DNA of 64,000 nucleotides from Anaerolineae bacterium (GTDB taxonomy: Bacteria > Chloroflexota > Anaerolineae > S140-20), in NCBI GenBank assembly GCA_027021705.1, contig JALUTT010000145.1, positions 64,001 through 128,000 of the forward strand. The letters run 5' to 3'. How positions within the stretch are numbered: the stretch's first letter is position 1; each line of letters begins with the position of its first letter. Positions 37,609 through 46,433 of this stretch are shown in pieces. Both the position numbers and the translations under genes were made by a program. Below the pieces are notes generated by a model. The model saw only the letters and a list, made by a program, of their open reading frames with translations, was not told where the DNA came from and did not search any database.

Positions 37609-39195
37609 TTGTCAAATTGCCTCCACGATCGCTATCCCCTCTCTCCGATTCTTGCCGAGGGGCTGGTGTTGGTCGTGCTCCTGTTGCTGGCCCTGGCCCT
37701 CCGGCTGCCGCCCCTGCTGCACAATCCGCTCCACGCCGATGAGGCGCTCTACGCCACCTGGGGCCAGCGGATCGCCACGGGCCAAGACCCCTGGCTCCTG
37801 AAGGGGCCGGTCTTTAAGCCTCCCCTCTGGCCCTACCTGCTGGCCGGCAGCTTCCTTGTCTTCGGTGTTCCCCCGCTCTCCCCGCCCGTTGCCATCCGCT
37901 TCGTGGCCCGGCTGCCCGGGTTGATGGCCGGCCTGCTCAGCGTCGCCCTCGTCTACCGGCTGGGGGGGCGGCTCTACGGGCGGCGGGCCGGGATGATGGC
38001 AGCGCTGGTGATGACCCTCTCCCCCTTCGCCATCCTCTTCTCGGCCACCGCCTTCACCGACCCGCTGATGGTGGCCCTGGGGCTGGCCGGCGTCGTGGCG
38101 GCGGTGGAGGGGCGGGGGGGCTGGGCCGGCCTGGGGCTGGGGCTGAGCGCGGCGACCAAGCAGCAGGGGCTCATCTTCCTGCCCCTGGCCCTGGTCCTGG
38201 GTCTCGTCCGGCGGCGAGGCCGGAGATGGAAGTGGGGGTGGTGGCGCGGGGGGCTGGGGTTGGCGCTGATCTTGGTCGGGGTGCTGGCCTGGGATGTTTT
38301 TCGCGTAGTCAATGGGGGCGTCAGCTTCTGGGCGGAGGGGTGGGCCGGCTACGGCGGGCTCCGCTTCGCCTGGTCGGTCGAACTCCTGCCGCGACTGCGG
38401 GCCTGGCTCCGCTGGTTGGGCTACTTCTTCGCCTCCCCCCTGGCCGACGGCCTGGTCCTGGTCGGGATAGGGTGGCGGGTCTGGAGGGACCTGCGGCAGC
38501 CCTCTCCGGCGGCCCAGACCGACCTGCTCCTGCTGGGGTTCGGCCTCCTCTACCTGCTCGCCCACTGGCTGGTCGCCTTCCCCGTCTGGGACCGTTACCT
38601 GCTGCCCTTGGTGCCCATCGTCGCCCTGCTGGTGGGCCGGCTGATCACGGACCTGAGCCGGCATCGAGCCACCTTGGTCGCCTTCCTAGGGGCGATGCTC
38701 CTGTGGGAGCCGGCGATGGCTGCTGCCTGGAGCCTCTTTCCCGTGGGATCGGACCACGGGGCCTACGATGGATTGGAGCAGGTCGTCCGCTTCCTGCGGG
38801 CACAGCCCCGGGGCACCGTCTTCTACGACCGCTGGGCGGGCTGGCACTACGACCTCTACCTCTTCGACGGCCACCCCTACCGGGCCTACGCCCCCCATCC
38901 GGCCTGGCTGGCCCGCGATCTGACGGTCTTCTACCGGGAGCCGGGGTCGTCGCCGCCCCGCTACCTGGTCGTGCCCGGGTGGGCCGTTGTGACCCGTTGG
39001 CGGCGGGCCCTGGCCGAGGCCGGCTTCGGCCTGGTCCCCGTGCTGGTGACCGCCAACCGGTGGGGGGAGCGGACCTTCACCGTCTACCGGATCACCACAG
39101 AATCGCCCCTCCGTCGTGCGGACCGGGTGTGGGAAGGGACGGGGCTCTTCCGTGCTCCCGGCGCGGCCGGCCAGGGGACTAGCGGGGGGGGGTGA
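37609..39195 (+). CDS. GT-C fold glycosyltransferase (ArnT/PMT, family 39-like)
   Basis: HADEALY, KPPLWPY, multiple TM helices, ATKQQG, DRYLLP. Probable TTG start after GAGGAAGG. Confidence 0.85.
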   Translation: MSNCLHDRYPLSPILAEGLVLVVLLLLALALRLPPLLHNPLHADEALYATWGQRIATGQDPWLLKGPVFKPPLWPYLLAGSFLVFGVPPLSPPVAIRFVARLPGLMAGLLSVALVYRLGGRLYGRRAGMMAALVMTLSPFAILFSATAFTDPLMVALGLAGVVAAVEGRGGWAGLGLGLSAATKQQGLIFLPLALVLGLVRRRGRRWKWGWWRGGLGLALILVGVLAWDVFRVVNGGVSFWAEGWAGYGGLRFAWSVELLPRLRAWLRWLGYFFASPLADGLVLVGIGWRVWRDLRQPSPAAQTDLLLLGFGLLYLLAHWLVAFPVWDRYLLPLVPIVALLVGRLITDLSRHRATLVAFLGAMLLWEPAMAAAWSLFPVGSDHGAYDGLEQVVRFLRAQPRGTVFYDRWAGWHYDLYLFDGHPYRAYAPHPAWLARDLTVFYREPGSSPPRYLVVPGWAVVTRWRRALAEAGFGLVPVLVTANRWGERTFTVYRITTESPLRRADRVWEGTGLFRAPGAAGQGTSGGG

Positions 39196-39544
39196 GGGGA
39201 ACCCCCTCCCGGAGGACGTTCTCGTAGAGGCTGAAGCGCTCCCGCCCCATACGCTCCCAGCGCTCGCGCCCGATGACGTGGGGGTTGATCAGCACGTCGT
39301 ACTTCAGGGATACGTCGGCTGCTAAATCGCTGACGGCGTGGTCGAAGCGCCAGTCTTCTCCGTTCGCGATGAGCAGGATGTCTACATCGGACTCCGGGTG
39401 GCTGTCGCCTCGCGCCTTGGAGCCAAAGAGGATGGCCTGATGGATGCGCCCCGGATACTGGCGCTCCAGTCGGCCGAGAAACGCCGAGATCGCTTCCTGC
39501 TCATTGCGCGAGAGGTGCTCAATCGGTTGTCGGATCACAGCCAT
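39179..39544 (-). CDS. Minimal nucleotidyltransferase (MNT)
   Basis: LFGSKARGDSHPESDVD (GSx10DxD). Confidence 0.92.
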   Translation of the reverse strand: MAVIRQPIEHLSRNEQEAISAFLGRLERQYPGRIHQAILFGSKARGDSHPESDVDILLIANGEDWRFDHAVSDLAADVSLKYDVLINPHVIGRERWERMGRERFSLYENVLREGVPLTPPR

Positions 39545-39945
39545 CCTTCTTCCACAAGATGCGCTTCGATTCGCCGGACGAAGCGTTGAGCGTCCTCGAA
39601 GTCCGTCCTGGCCTGTTCAGGGGTGATGGTTGCCTGGACGTCGTAGTCGCTGCTGTGGCGGTCGTCCATGATTCGACCGTATGCACGGCTGTACTCAACC
39701 TCGATCAGCCCAGGCTTGACGAAGTGCTGGCGGAAGGCACTGATGACGCCGCTATGTTTGCTGCGGGACAATCCCCGGGTGGCCAACATCGCATTGGCAG
39801 CGTAGAAGATGGCGTAGTAGGCCCGGTTGATGGCCGAGGCGTAGAAGCCGGCATCCAGGTTGTGCTTGGCTACCTCCAACATCCGGTGGGCATGCTCGAT
39901 GTACAGCGCCACCTCACGGCGGCGGGGGTGGGCTTCCTCCGGCAT
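39535..39945 (-). CDS. HEPN domain protein
   Basis: AINRAYYAIFYAA.A.L, SKHSGVISAF, RHSSDY. Overlaps the MNT gene. Confidence 0.92.
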   Translation of the reverse strand: MPEEAHPRRREVALYIEHAHRMLEVAKHNLDAGFYASAINRAYYAIFYAANAMLATRGLSRSKHSGVISAFRQHFVKPGLIEVEYSRAYGRIMDDRHSSDYDVQATITPEQARTDFEDAQRFVRRIEAHLVEEGWL

Positions 39946-40039
39946 TGGCCCCTCTCTCCTTGGTTGGTGGTGGGTGCACAGCCGCGCATCTCTGCACCTG
40001 GGATTCCCCGAGGCTGATTATACCACACTCCGGGGAAAT

Positions 40040-40159
40040 TAGCCGTCCTGAACGGGCACGAATACACGAATTAGGAGCTACCCCATTTGTGCATTCGTGA
40101 GGGATTCGTGGATGGCCCGTTGTGGCCCATTCCCTTGCTCCCTTGTGGGTAATCACCGG
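40040..40159 (-). mobile_element. MITE-2 partial copy (left end plus interior)
   Basis: The reverse complement reads CCGGTGATTACCCACAAG...GGGCCATCCACGAAT...ATTCGTGTATTCGTGCCC...GGACGGCTA. Confidence 0.85.
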
Positions 40160-40836
40160 TACGGTCCTGCCAGTTGGCCGTCCCGCAGCTCGTGGATGAC
40201 GGCGGCGTACTCCTCGATGGCCGGGTCGTGGGTGGCGATGAGCACCCCCACGCCTTCCTCCTCGGCGATCCGCCGGAGGAGGGCCAGCACTTCCCGTCCG
40301 GCCTCGCTGTCCAACTCCCCCGTCGGCTCGTCGGCCAGGATGAGGCGGGGCCGGGTGACGAGAGCGCGGGCGATGGCCAGCCGTTGCTGCTGTCCGCCGG
40401 ACAGCTCGTAAGGACGATGGTCGGCCCAGGGCTCCAGCCCGACCAGGGCCAGGGCGTCGCGCACCCGCCGCGCCCGCTCCCGCCGGTCCACGCCCAAGAG
40501 GCGGAGGGGAAGCTCGACGTTCTCGTAGGCGGAGAAGGTGGGGAGCAGGGCGAAGGACTGGAAGACGAAGCCGATGCACCGGCGGCGCAGCTTCGTCAAG
40601 GCCCCTTCGGAGAGGCGGGAGAGGGGTTCCCCTTCCAGGTAGACCTCGCCGGCCGTGGGGCGGTCCAGCCCGCCGATGAGGTTGAGCAGCGTCGTCTTGC
40701 CGGAGCCGGAGCGCCCCCGGACGGCCGTCAGGACCCCCCGCTCCAGGGTCAGGTCCACCCCGCGCAGAGCGTGCACCTCCAGCCGGCCTCGGCGGTAGAT
40801 GCGGGTCAAGCCTACTGTGCGTACCAAGGGGGCCAT
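40153..40836 (-). CDS. ABC transporter ATP-binding protein (LolD/MacB-like)
   Basis: GRSGSGKTT, LSGGQQQR, LADEPTG.LD, ATHD. Confidence 0.95.
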   Translation of the reverse strand: MAPLVRTVGLTRIYRRGRLEVHALRGVDLTLERGVLTAVRGRSGSGKTTLLNLIGGLDRPTAGEVYLEGEPLSRLSEGALTKLRRRCIGFVFQSFALLPTFSAYENVELPLRLLGVDRRERARRVRDALALVGLEPWADHRPYELSGGQQQRLAIARALVTRPRLILADEPTGELDSEAGREVLALLRRIAEEEGVGVLIATHDPAIEEYAAVIHELRDGQLAGPYR

Positions 40837-40886
40837 TTGACGTAACTTGGGATGTAGCTTACAATTCGGGCACGGCTCTCCGTTAT

Positions 40887-40996
40887 CCGGTGATTACCCA
40901 TAAGTGTGGGCTGCGGTGGGCCGTCCACGAATTTTTCACGAATGCACGAATGGGGTGGATCTTCATTCGTGTATTCGTGCCTCTTCGTGGACGGCT
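40887..40996 (+). mobile_element. MITE-2 partial copy
   Basis: CCGGTGATTACCCATAAG...GGGCCGTCCACGAAT...ATTCGTGTATTCGTGCC.CTTCGTGGACGGCT; the right TIR is missing. Confidence 0.85.
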
Positions 40997-41003
40997 CTCT
41001 GAG

Positions 41004-41972
41004 TCAGGTCGGTGCCCGGCCTTCCGATGGGGGGAAGGCCGGGCGCTTGCGCTGAGGAGGACCTTCCTCTCTCAACCCCACCGGTCGGATCAGCAGCCCT
41101 TCCTCCACCACCTCCACCACCACCCGGTCCCCGATGCCCAACCGCTCCCGGTACTCCGGCGGAATCTGCAGCCGCCCGGCCGAGTCCACGACGACGTACT
41201 CGACGTAGGCCCCGGCGGACGATGGGGCGGGCTCCGCCTCGGTCGTCGGGGGAGGGCCGGCCGGCGGTTCAGGACGGAGGACGCGCCGCTCCGTGCTCGT
41301 CTTGCCGTCGCGGATGGCGACAACCCGGTCCACCCAGGCGGTGATGTCGGGATCGTGGGTGACGATGAGGAGGGTCAGGCCCAAGGTCGCGTTCAGCCGC
41401 CGGAAGGTCTCGTAGATGGTCCGGGCCGTGGCCGAATCCAGCTCCCCCGTCGGCTCGTCGGCCAGGAGGAGGGGGGGATGGTTGGCGAGGGCGACGGCGA
41501 TGGCAACCCGCTGCTGTTCGCCGCCGGAGAGCTCCGCCATCCGGTGGTGCTGCCGCGCGTCCAGCCCCACTGCCTCCAGGAGCGCCTGCACCCGGGCCTC
41601 CCGCTCGCGGGCCGGCAGCCCTGCCAGGAGCATCGGCAACTCCACGTTCTGCCGGGCCGTCAGGTAGGGGAGCAGGTTGCGCCCGCTCTGCTGCCAGACG
41701 AAGCCCACCTCCTGACGGCGGTAGCGGTCCAGCGCCCGGTCCGAGAGCGTCGTCAGGTCCTGCCCATCCACCACCACCCGACCGGCCGTGGGGCGGTCCA
41801 GCCCGCCGATGAGGTTGAGCAGCGTCGTCTTGCCGGCCCCCGACGGTCCGACGAGGCCGACCACCTCCCCCCGCTCGACGGTCAGCTCCAGCCCCTGGAG
41901 GGCCACCACCTCCCGCCCGGCGATGCGGTAGATCTTCACCAGCCCGTCGCAGAGGATGAAGGGCCCAGACAT
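41004..41972 (-). CDS. ABC transporter ATP-binding protein with C-terminal AbrB/MraZ-like domain
   Basis: [23 protein letters not shown]-terminal [26 protein letters not shown]. Confidence 0.92.
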   Translation of the reverse strand: MSGPFILCDGLVKIYRIAGREVVALQGLELTVERGEVVGLVGPSGAGKTTLLNLIGGLDRPTAGRVVVDGQDLTTLSDRALDRYRRQEVGFVWQQSGRNLLPYLTARQNVELPMLLAGLPAREREARVQALLEAVGLDARQHHRMAELSGGEQQRVAIAVALANHPPLLLADEPTGELDSATARTIYETFRRLNATLGLTLLIVTHDPDITAWVDRVVAIRDGKTSTERRVLRPEPPAGPPPTTEAEPAPSSAGAYVEYVVVDSAGRLQIPPEYRERLGIGDRVVVEVVEEGLLIRPVGLREEGPPQRKRPAFPPSEGRAPT

Positions 41973-41996
41973 CTCACGCCTCCCACGGTGCACCGG

Positions 41997-44855
41997 TCAC
42001 ATCGTCTCCCCCAGCTTGATCGCCTCGAAGAGCCGCATCCGGGCCAGCCGGTGGACGGTCAGGAGGGTGGCGACGAAGAGCATCCCGCCCAGGATGAGGT
42101 AGAGCTGTTGCACGCTCTCCCAGGCGATCTCGACGACGAAGGGGGGCGTGTACGGATGGGGCCCCCCTTCCACCTGCAGGAAGGGGATGAAGAGGCGACC
42201 TAGACCCACGCCCAGGCCGGTCCCCGCCGCCGTCCCCACAGCGATGAGCAGCGCTTGCTCCCCCGCCAGGAAGGCGGCCATCTGCCCCACGGAGAGGCCG
42301 ATGGCCCGCAGCACGCCCAGTTCGATGAAGCGCCGTCGGAAGGCGAGGAGGGCGTGCAGCCAGAAGCCCAGCACCGTGAGGAGGGCGGCCATCAGGAAGC
42401 CGGCCGAGAGGAGGCCGAAGGTCCCCTGGCGCTCCGGGCGGGCCATCGCCTCGGCGATCTGCGCCCGCGCGTCCTCGACGCCCACCACCGGCAGCCCCAG
42501 CTCCCGCAGCCCGGCCAGGACCGCCTCCGTCGGCGTGCCCTCGGCGATGGAGAGCCAGACGTCGTAGGGGTACAGCCCCCCCATCTGCTCGAAGAGGTAG
42601 TCCAGGTTGCCGACGAAGAAGGGGCCTTCCTCGGGGTAGAGGGTGGGGAAGTAGTCCACCGCCCCGACGATGACGAAGGAGACCTCCCGCGTCTCCCCCA
42701 GGACGTTGACGGCGAGGGGAAGGGGATCGCCGATCTGGAGGCCGTGGCGCTCCAGGAAGGGGCGGCTGACCAGCAGCCCCCGGCGCTCCAGGGCCAGGGC
42801 GTTCATCAGCGCCCCCAGCGAGGTCGGGGCGAAATCCCGACGGAAGAAGGCCACCCGGGGGAAGTCGGCCCGGTCCACCCCCAGGAAGCGCCCCTGCTCC
42901 AGGGCGTCCCCCAGCCGGGCGGTGGCCCGGTAGTCCCCCACCCGGGTGGCGGCCAGGACGCCCGGCACGCGCAGGTGCTCCTCCACGGGCAGGAAGAACC
43001 ACAGGGCCTCTTCCTCGGAGGGGGGTGCCGCACCGCCGCCCATCCCGGCCGGCCCCATCCCGAGGCCCGGGGCTTGCCGGGTGCTCTCCCCCGTCTCCAC
43101 CAGCCGCAGGTCGGCCCCGACCCGGTAGTAGACCTGGGCGACCAGGTGATCGTCCAGCGTGCGGGCCATCGAGGCGGTGAAGAAGGCGAGCCCCAGCGTG
43201 AGGAGGAGCAGGAGGAGGGGGCCGGTGTAGTGGGCGGGGGAGCGGGCCAGGTGGCGCAGGATGAGCACCGACACGGCCCCCGGCAGCCGTCCGCTCAGGC
43301 GGGCCAGCCCCTCCATCAGCAGGGGGAAGAGCCGGACGACGAGGAGGGCCAGGGCCAGGAGCATCAGGCTGGGCACCAGGAAGAGGAGGGGGTTCTGGAA
43401 AGGATCCCCGCCGGGGCCGAGGCCGGGCAGGAGGAGCCCCCCCTGACGGCGCAGCAGGAAGTAGCCGTAGAGGGGCGGGATCAGGAGGAGCAGGTCGAGG
43501 TAGGCACGCTGCCAGAAGGGGCGGCGCAGGGCGCGGGCCACCTCCCGCTTGTAGGTGACGATGGTGTGACGGGCGGCCCCCAGGACGGGGAGGAGGGCGG
43601 TCAGGAGGGCGACGCCGGCCACCAGCAGGCCGAAGGCGAGGCCGGCCGGCGTGATCGCCACGGGCAGCGGAGGCCGGGGGGCCAGCGCCAGGAAGGAGCG
43701 GACCCGCCCCATCCAGCGGGCCAGTTCCCGGCCCACCAGCAGCCCACCGACGAGGGCCGGCAGGCCGATGAGGAGCCAGGCGGACAGCGTGAGGGCGATG
43801 ATCTGGGTCCGGGAAGCGCCCCGGCTGCGCAGGATGGCGATCTCGTTCCGCTGGTGCCGGACGACCATCGCGGCCAGCAGGCCGATGAAGTAGAGGACGA
43901 TGCCCAGGGCGGGGAGGGCGACGGTGGTGAGCTGGACCATCAGCCGCCGGGTGGCCTGCCGGTAGCGCTCCATCGCCTCGGCAGGCGAGAGGTCGAGGCC
44001 GGTGCCAGGGAGCAGGCCGGCAGCCCGGGCTTCCACGGCGGTGATGCGGGAGAGGAGCCGGTCCAGGTCGGTGATCCGAACCCGCGAGCCGTCGAAGGTC
44101 TGATACCAGACCGCCTGGTAGACGGGGGCCCGCAGCGCCGGCACCACCTGCTGCCGGAAGGTCGCCTCGGGCACCAGCAGGACCTCCTCGAAAGCGCGGG
44201 GTGGGTAGAACCAGAAGGGGTCGGTTGGGGTCCGGGGCTCCCAGATGCCGGAGATCTGGACCTCCAGGACCACCGGTTGGCCGCCCGTCGGGCTCAGGGC
44301 TGGGTCGCCGAAGAGCCGGTAGCGCTCGCCCGCCTGGAGCCCCATCCTCTCCGCCAGAGTCCGGCTGACGAGGACGGGTAGCGCGTCGGTCGTCGGGGGG
44401 GCCGACTCGCCGAGCACTACGTGGTCCCCGAAGCCGGTGACGAAGCCGAGGCTGACCCAGCCGAGGGCGCGGCGGGTGTCGGCGTAGGCGGCGGTGGCGG
44501 GGAAGAGCTGGAGGTTGTCGGTCTTGACGTGGCGGACGGTCCGGCGGAGGGGCAGGCCGATGGTGGCCGGCCCCTGGGCGGTCAGGTAGTCGTCCAGGAG
44601 GGCGTAGCGCTCCCAGGGAACGGCTCCGTGCCAGGCCCCGACGTAGCGGAAGAGCAGGGCGAAAGGGGGGCGTCCATCGCGGGCCAGTTCCCGGCGCAGG
44701 CGCTCGGCGTTAACGGCGTCGGCATAGAGGGGGATGCTCGTCCCCAGGGCCACGGCGACTACCATCCCGACGGCGATGCTCACCGTGAGCGCCCGTTGGC
44801 TCCACAGGCGCTTCCAGGCGATCACCAGGAGGGAGAGATGGGATAGGGGGAACAT
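41997..44855 (-). CDS. FtsX/MacB-like ABC exporter permease (duplicated architecture)
   Basis: Two FtsX motifs (RNEIAILRSRGAS and FIELGVLRAIG) and two large extracytoplasmic domains. Confidence 0.92.
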   Translation of the reverse strand: MFPLSHLSLLVIAWKRLWSQRALTVSIAVGMVVAVALGTSIPLYADAVNAERLRRELARDGRPPFALLFRYVGAWHGAVPWERYALLDDYLTAQGPATIGLPLRRTVRHVKTDNLQLFPATAAYADTRRALGWVSLGFVTGFGDHVVLGESAPPTTDALPVLVSRTLAERMGLQAGERYRLFGDPALSPTGGQPVVLEVQISGIWEPRTPTDPFWFYPPRAFEEVLLVPEATFRQQVVPALRAPVYQAVWYQTFDGSRVRITDLDRLLSRITAVEARAAGLLPGTGLDLSPAEAMERYRQATRRLMVQLTTVALPALGIVLYFIGLLAAMVVRHQRNEIAILRSRGASRTQIIALTLSAWLLIGLPALVGGLLVGRELARWMGRVRSFLALAPRPPLPVAITPAGLAFGLLVAGVALLTALLPVLGAARHTIVTYKREVARALRRPFWQRAYLDLLLLIPPLYGYFLLRRQGGLLLPGLGPGGDPFQNPLLFLVPSLMLLALALLVVRLFPLLMEGLARLSGRLPGAVSVLILRHLARSPAHYTGPLLLLLLTLGLAFFTASMARTLDDHLVAQVYYRVGADLRLVETGESTRQAPGLGMGPAGMGGGAAPPSEEEALWFFLPVEEHLRVPGVLAATRVGDYRATARLGDALEQGRFLGVDRADFPRVAFFRRDFAPTSLGALMNALALERRGLLVSRPFLERHGLQIGDPLPLAVNVLGETREVSFVIVGAVDYFPTLYPEEGPFFVGNLDYLFEQMGGLYPYDVWLSIAEGTPTEAVLAGLRELGLPVVGVEDARAQIAEAMARPERQGTFGLLSAGFLMAALLTVLGFWLHALLAFRRRFIELGVLRAIGLSVGQMAAFLAGEQALLIAVGTAAGTGLGVGLGRLFIPFLQVEGGPHPYTPPFVVEIAWESVQQLYLILGGMLFVATLLTVHRLARMRLFEAIKLGETM

Positions 44856-44868
44856 CGGCCTGGGGTCC

Positions 44869-46221
44869 TCACGGTCCGACGACGATCTGGCCTTCCTGCA
44901 ATCCGCTCACAATCTCCACCCGCTCCTCTCCCTCGATGCCCAGCCGGATGTCCACCCGACGCTGGATGTTGCCTTCCTTGACCACGACGAAGGTGCGGCC
45001 CTGGTAGGTGCGGATGGCGGCCGGGGGCAGCCAGAGGACGTTCTCCCGGCGCTCCAGGAGGACGGTGACGCGGGCCAGGTCGCCCAGTTGGAGGTCGGCC
45101 GGGGGCGTGGTGAGGGCAATGTGTGTGGCGGTATCGGCCCCGGTCAGCCCTTTCCCTCCCCCACCGCCGTAGGGGTAGGGCAGGCTGCGGATGAAGCCGG
45201 CCAGGGGCTGCCCCGGCGCGTTGGTCAGGGTGATGGTGACGGGCATGCCCTCCTTCAGGTCGCCCATCTGCTCGGCGCCGAGGTCGGCGACCACCTCCAG
45301 GGCGGTGGGGTCGGCCAGGATGAGGACCGGCTTGAAGGCTTCGACGGTCTGGCCGGGGGAGACGGCGATGGCCATAACCTGGCCGTCGAAGGGGGCCACC
45401 AGGCGGGCGTCGGCCAGTTGGGCTTCCAGCCGTTCCACTTTAAGCTTGGCCTGCTCCACCGCCTTGGACAGTTGGGGGTCCACGCCGGCCTGCAGGCTCT
45501 CCAGCCGCAGCCGGGCCAGCGCCACCTCCTGCTCCTGGATTTGGACGGCGTAGCGGTGCTTCTGGAGGGTCTGCTGGGCCTGCTGGTACTGGGCCTGGGC
45601 GACCTCCAGGTTCAGCTCCGCCTCGTGGACGGCGCGGGCGGCGGCCTCGCGCACCTGTTCCGGCTCCCAGGGGCGGTCGAGGGCCCGTTGGTAGGCGTCC
45701 TGGGCATCGGCGAGGGCGGTCTTGGCCCGCTCCAGAGCCACCTTGGCCGTGGTCACCTGGGCGGTGGGGGGATCGGCCTGCATCTGCGCCAGGCGCAGTT
45801 CGGCGATGCGCAGGGCGATCTCGGCCTCGGCGACCCGGCGGGCGTTGTCCTGCCGGGCGCTCTCCAGGGCGAGCCGGGCCATCTCCAGGTCGAGTTGGGC
45901 CTGGGCCAGTTGCTTCTCCAGGTCGCCGGTCTCCAGTTCGGCCAGGAGGTCGCCGGCCCGGACCGAGTCGCCCTTCTGCACGTGAAGGGCCTGGAGGTAG
46001 CCGCCGGTGCGGAAGAAGAGCTTCTCCTCGCGCACGGGGGCCACCCGGCCGGTGAACCGGAGCCGGCGGACGACGGTACCCCGCCGGACGACGTAGGTGG
46101 GTTGCTCCGGCACGATGGGGGTGGGGACGGGCGTCGGCGTGGGGGCTTCGGCGGTCGGTCGGCAGCCGGCGATCAGGAGGAGCAACAGCAGCCCGAGAGC
46201 ACGCAGGTCAGGCCATCGCAC
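44869..46221 (-). CDS. Efflux periplasmic adaptor (membrane fusion protein), lipoprotein
   Basis: GTG 46221 after GGAGG; lipobox LLIAGC; VQKGDSVRAGDLLAEL, coiled-coil hairpin, LVAPFDG, SGLQEG. Confidence 0.88.
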   Translation of the reverse strand: MRWPDLRALGLLLLLLIAGCRPTAEAPTPTPVPTPIVPEQPTYVVRRGTVVRRLRFTGRVAPVREEKLFFRTGGYLQALHVQKGDSVRAGDLLAELETGDLEKQLAQAQLDLEMARLALESARQDNARRVAEAEIALRIAELRLAQMQADPPTAQVTTAKVALERAKTALADAQDAYQRALDRPWEPEQVREAAARAVHEAELNLEVAQAQYQQAQQTLQKHRYAVQIQEQEVALARLRLESLQAGVDPQLSKAVEQAKLKVERLEAQLADARLVAPFDGQVMAIAVSPGQTVEAFKPVLILADPTALEVVADLGAEQMGDLKEGMPVTITLTNAPGQPLAGFIRSLPYPYGGGGGKGLTGADTATHIALTTPPADLQLGDLARVTVLLERRENVLWLPPAAIRTYQGRTFVVVKEGNIQRRVDIRLGIEGEERVEIVSGLQEGQIVVGP

Positions 46222-46303
46222 GGGTCGGAACCTCCGGCGTGTGGCGCGTTGCGTGTGGCGTGTTACGTGGTGCGCATTGCGTGGCTTCATGGTAGCACAG
46301 AGG

Positions 46304-46423
46304 GAGAAAAAGGACAACTTGCCGGAACGGGCATTTCGGCCGGCGGTCTGCGGTCCGCCGTCGGCGGTCGTCCTCTTGCAGAGAAAAAGGACAACTTGCC
46401 GGAACGGGCATTTCGGCCGGCGG
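46304..46423. repeat. Two exact 43-bp direct repeats separated by 34 bp
   Basis: GAGAAAAAGGACAACTTGCCGGAACGGGCATTTCGGCCGGCGG at 46304-46346 and 46381-46423. Confidence 0.9.
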
Positions 46424-46433
46424 GCGGGGCCGG

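Noticed and set aside
40040..40996. Composite transposon carrying the ABC ATPase between two MITE-2 copies
   Set aside because: The intact TIRs face the gene from outside the elements, the distal TIRs are missing, and the gene belongs to the surrounding operon.
46304..46423. CRISPR mini-array (43-bp repeat, 34-bp spacer)
   Set aside because: Only two repeats, the spacer is low-complexity heptamer sequence, and there are no cas genes or AT-rich leader.
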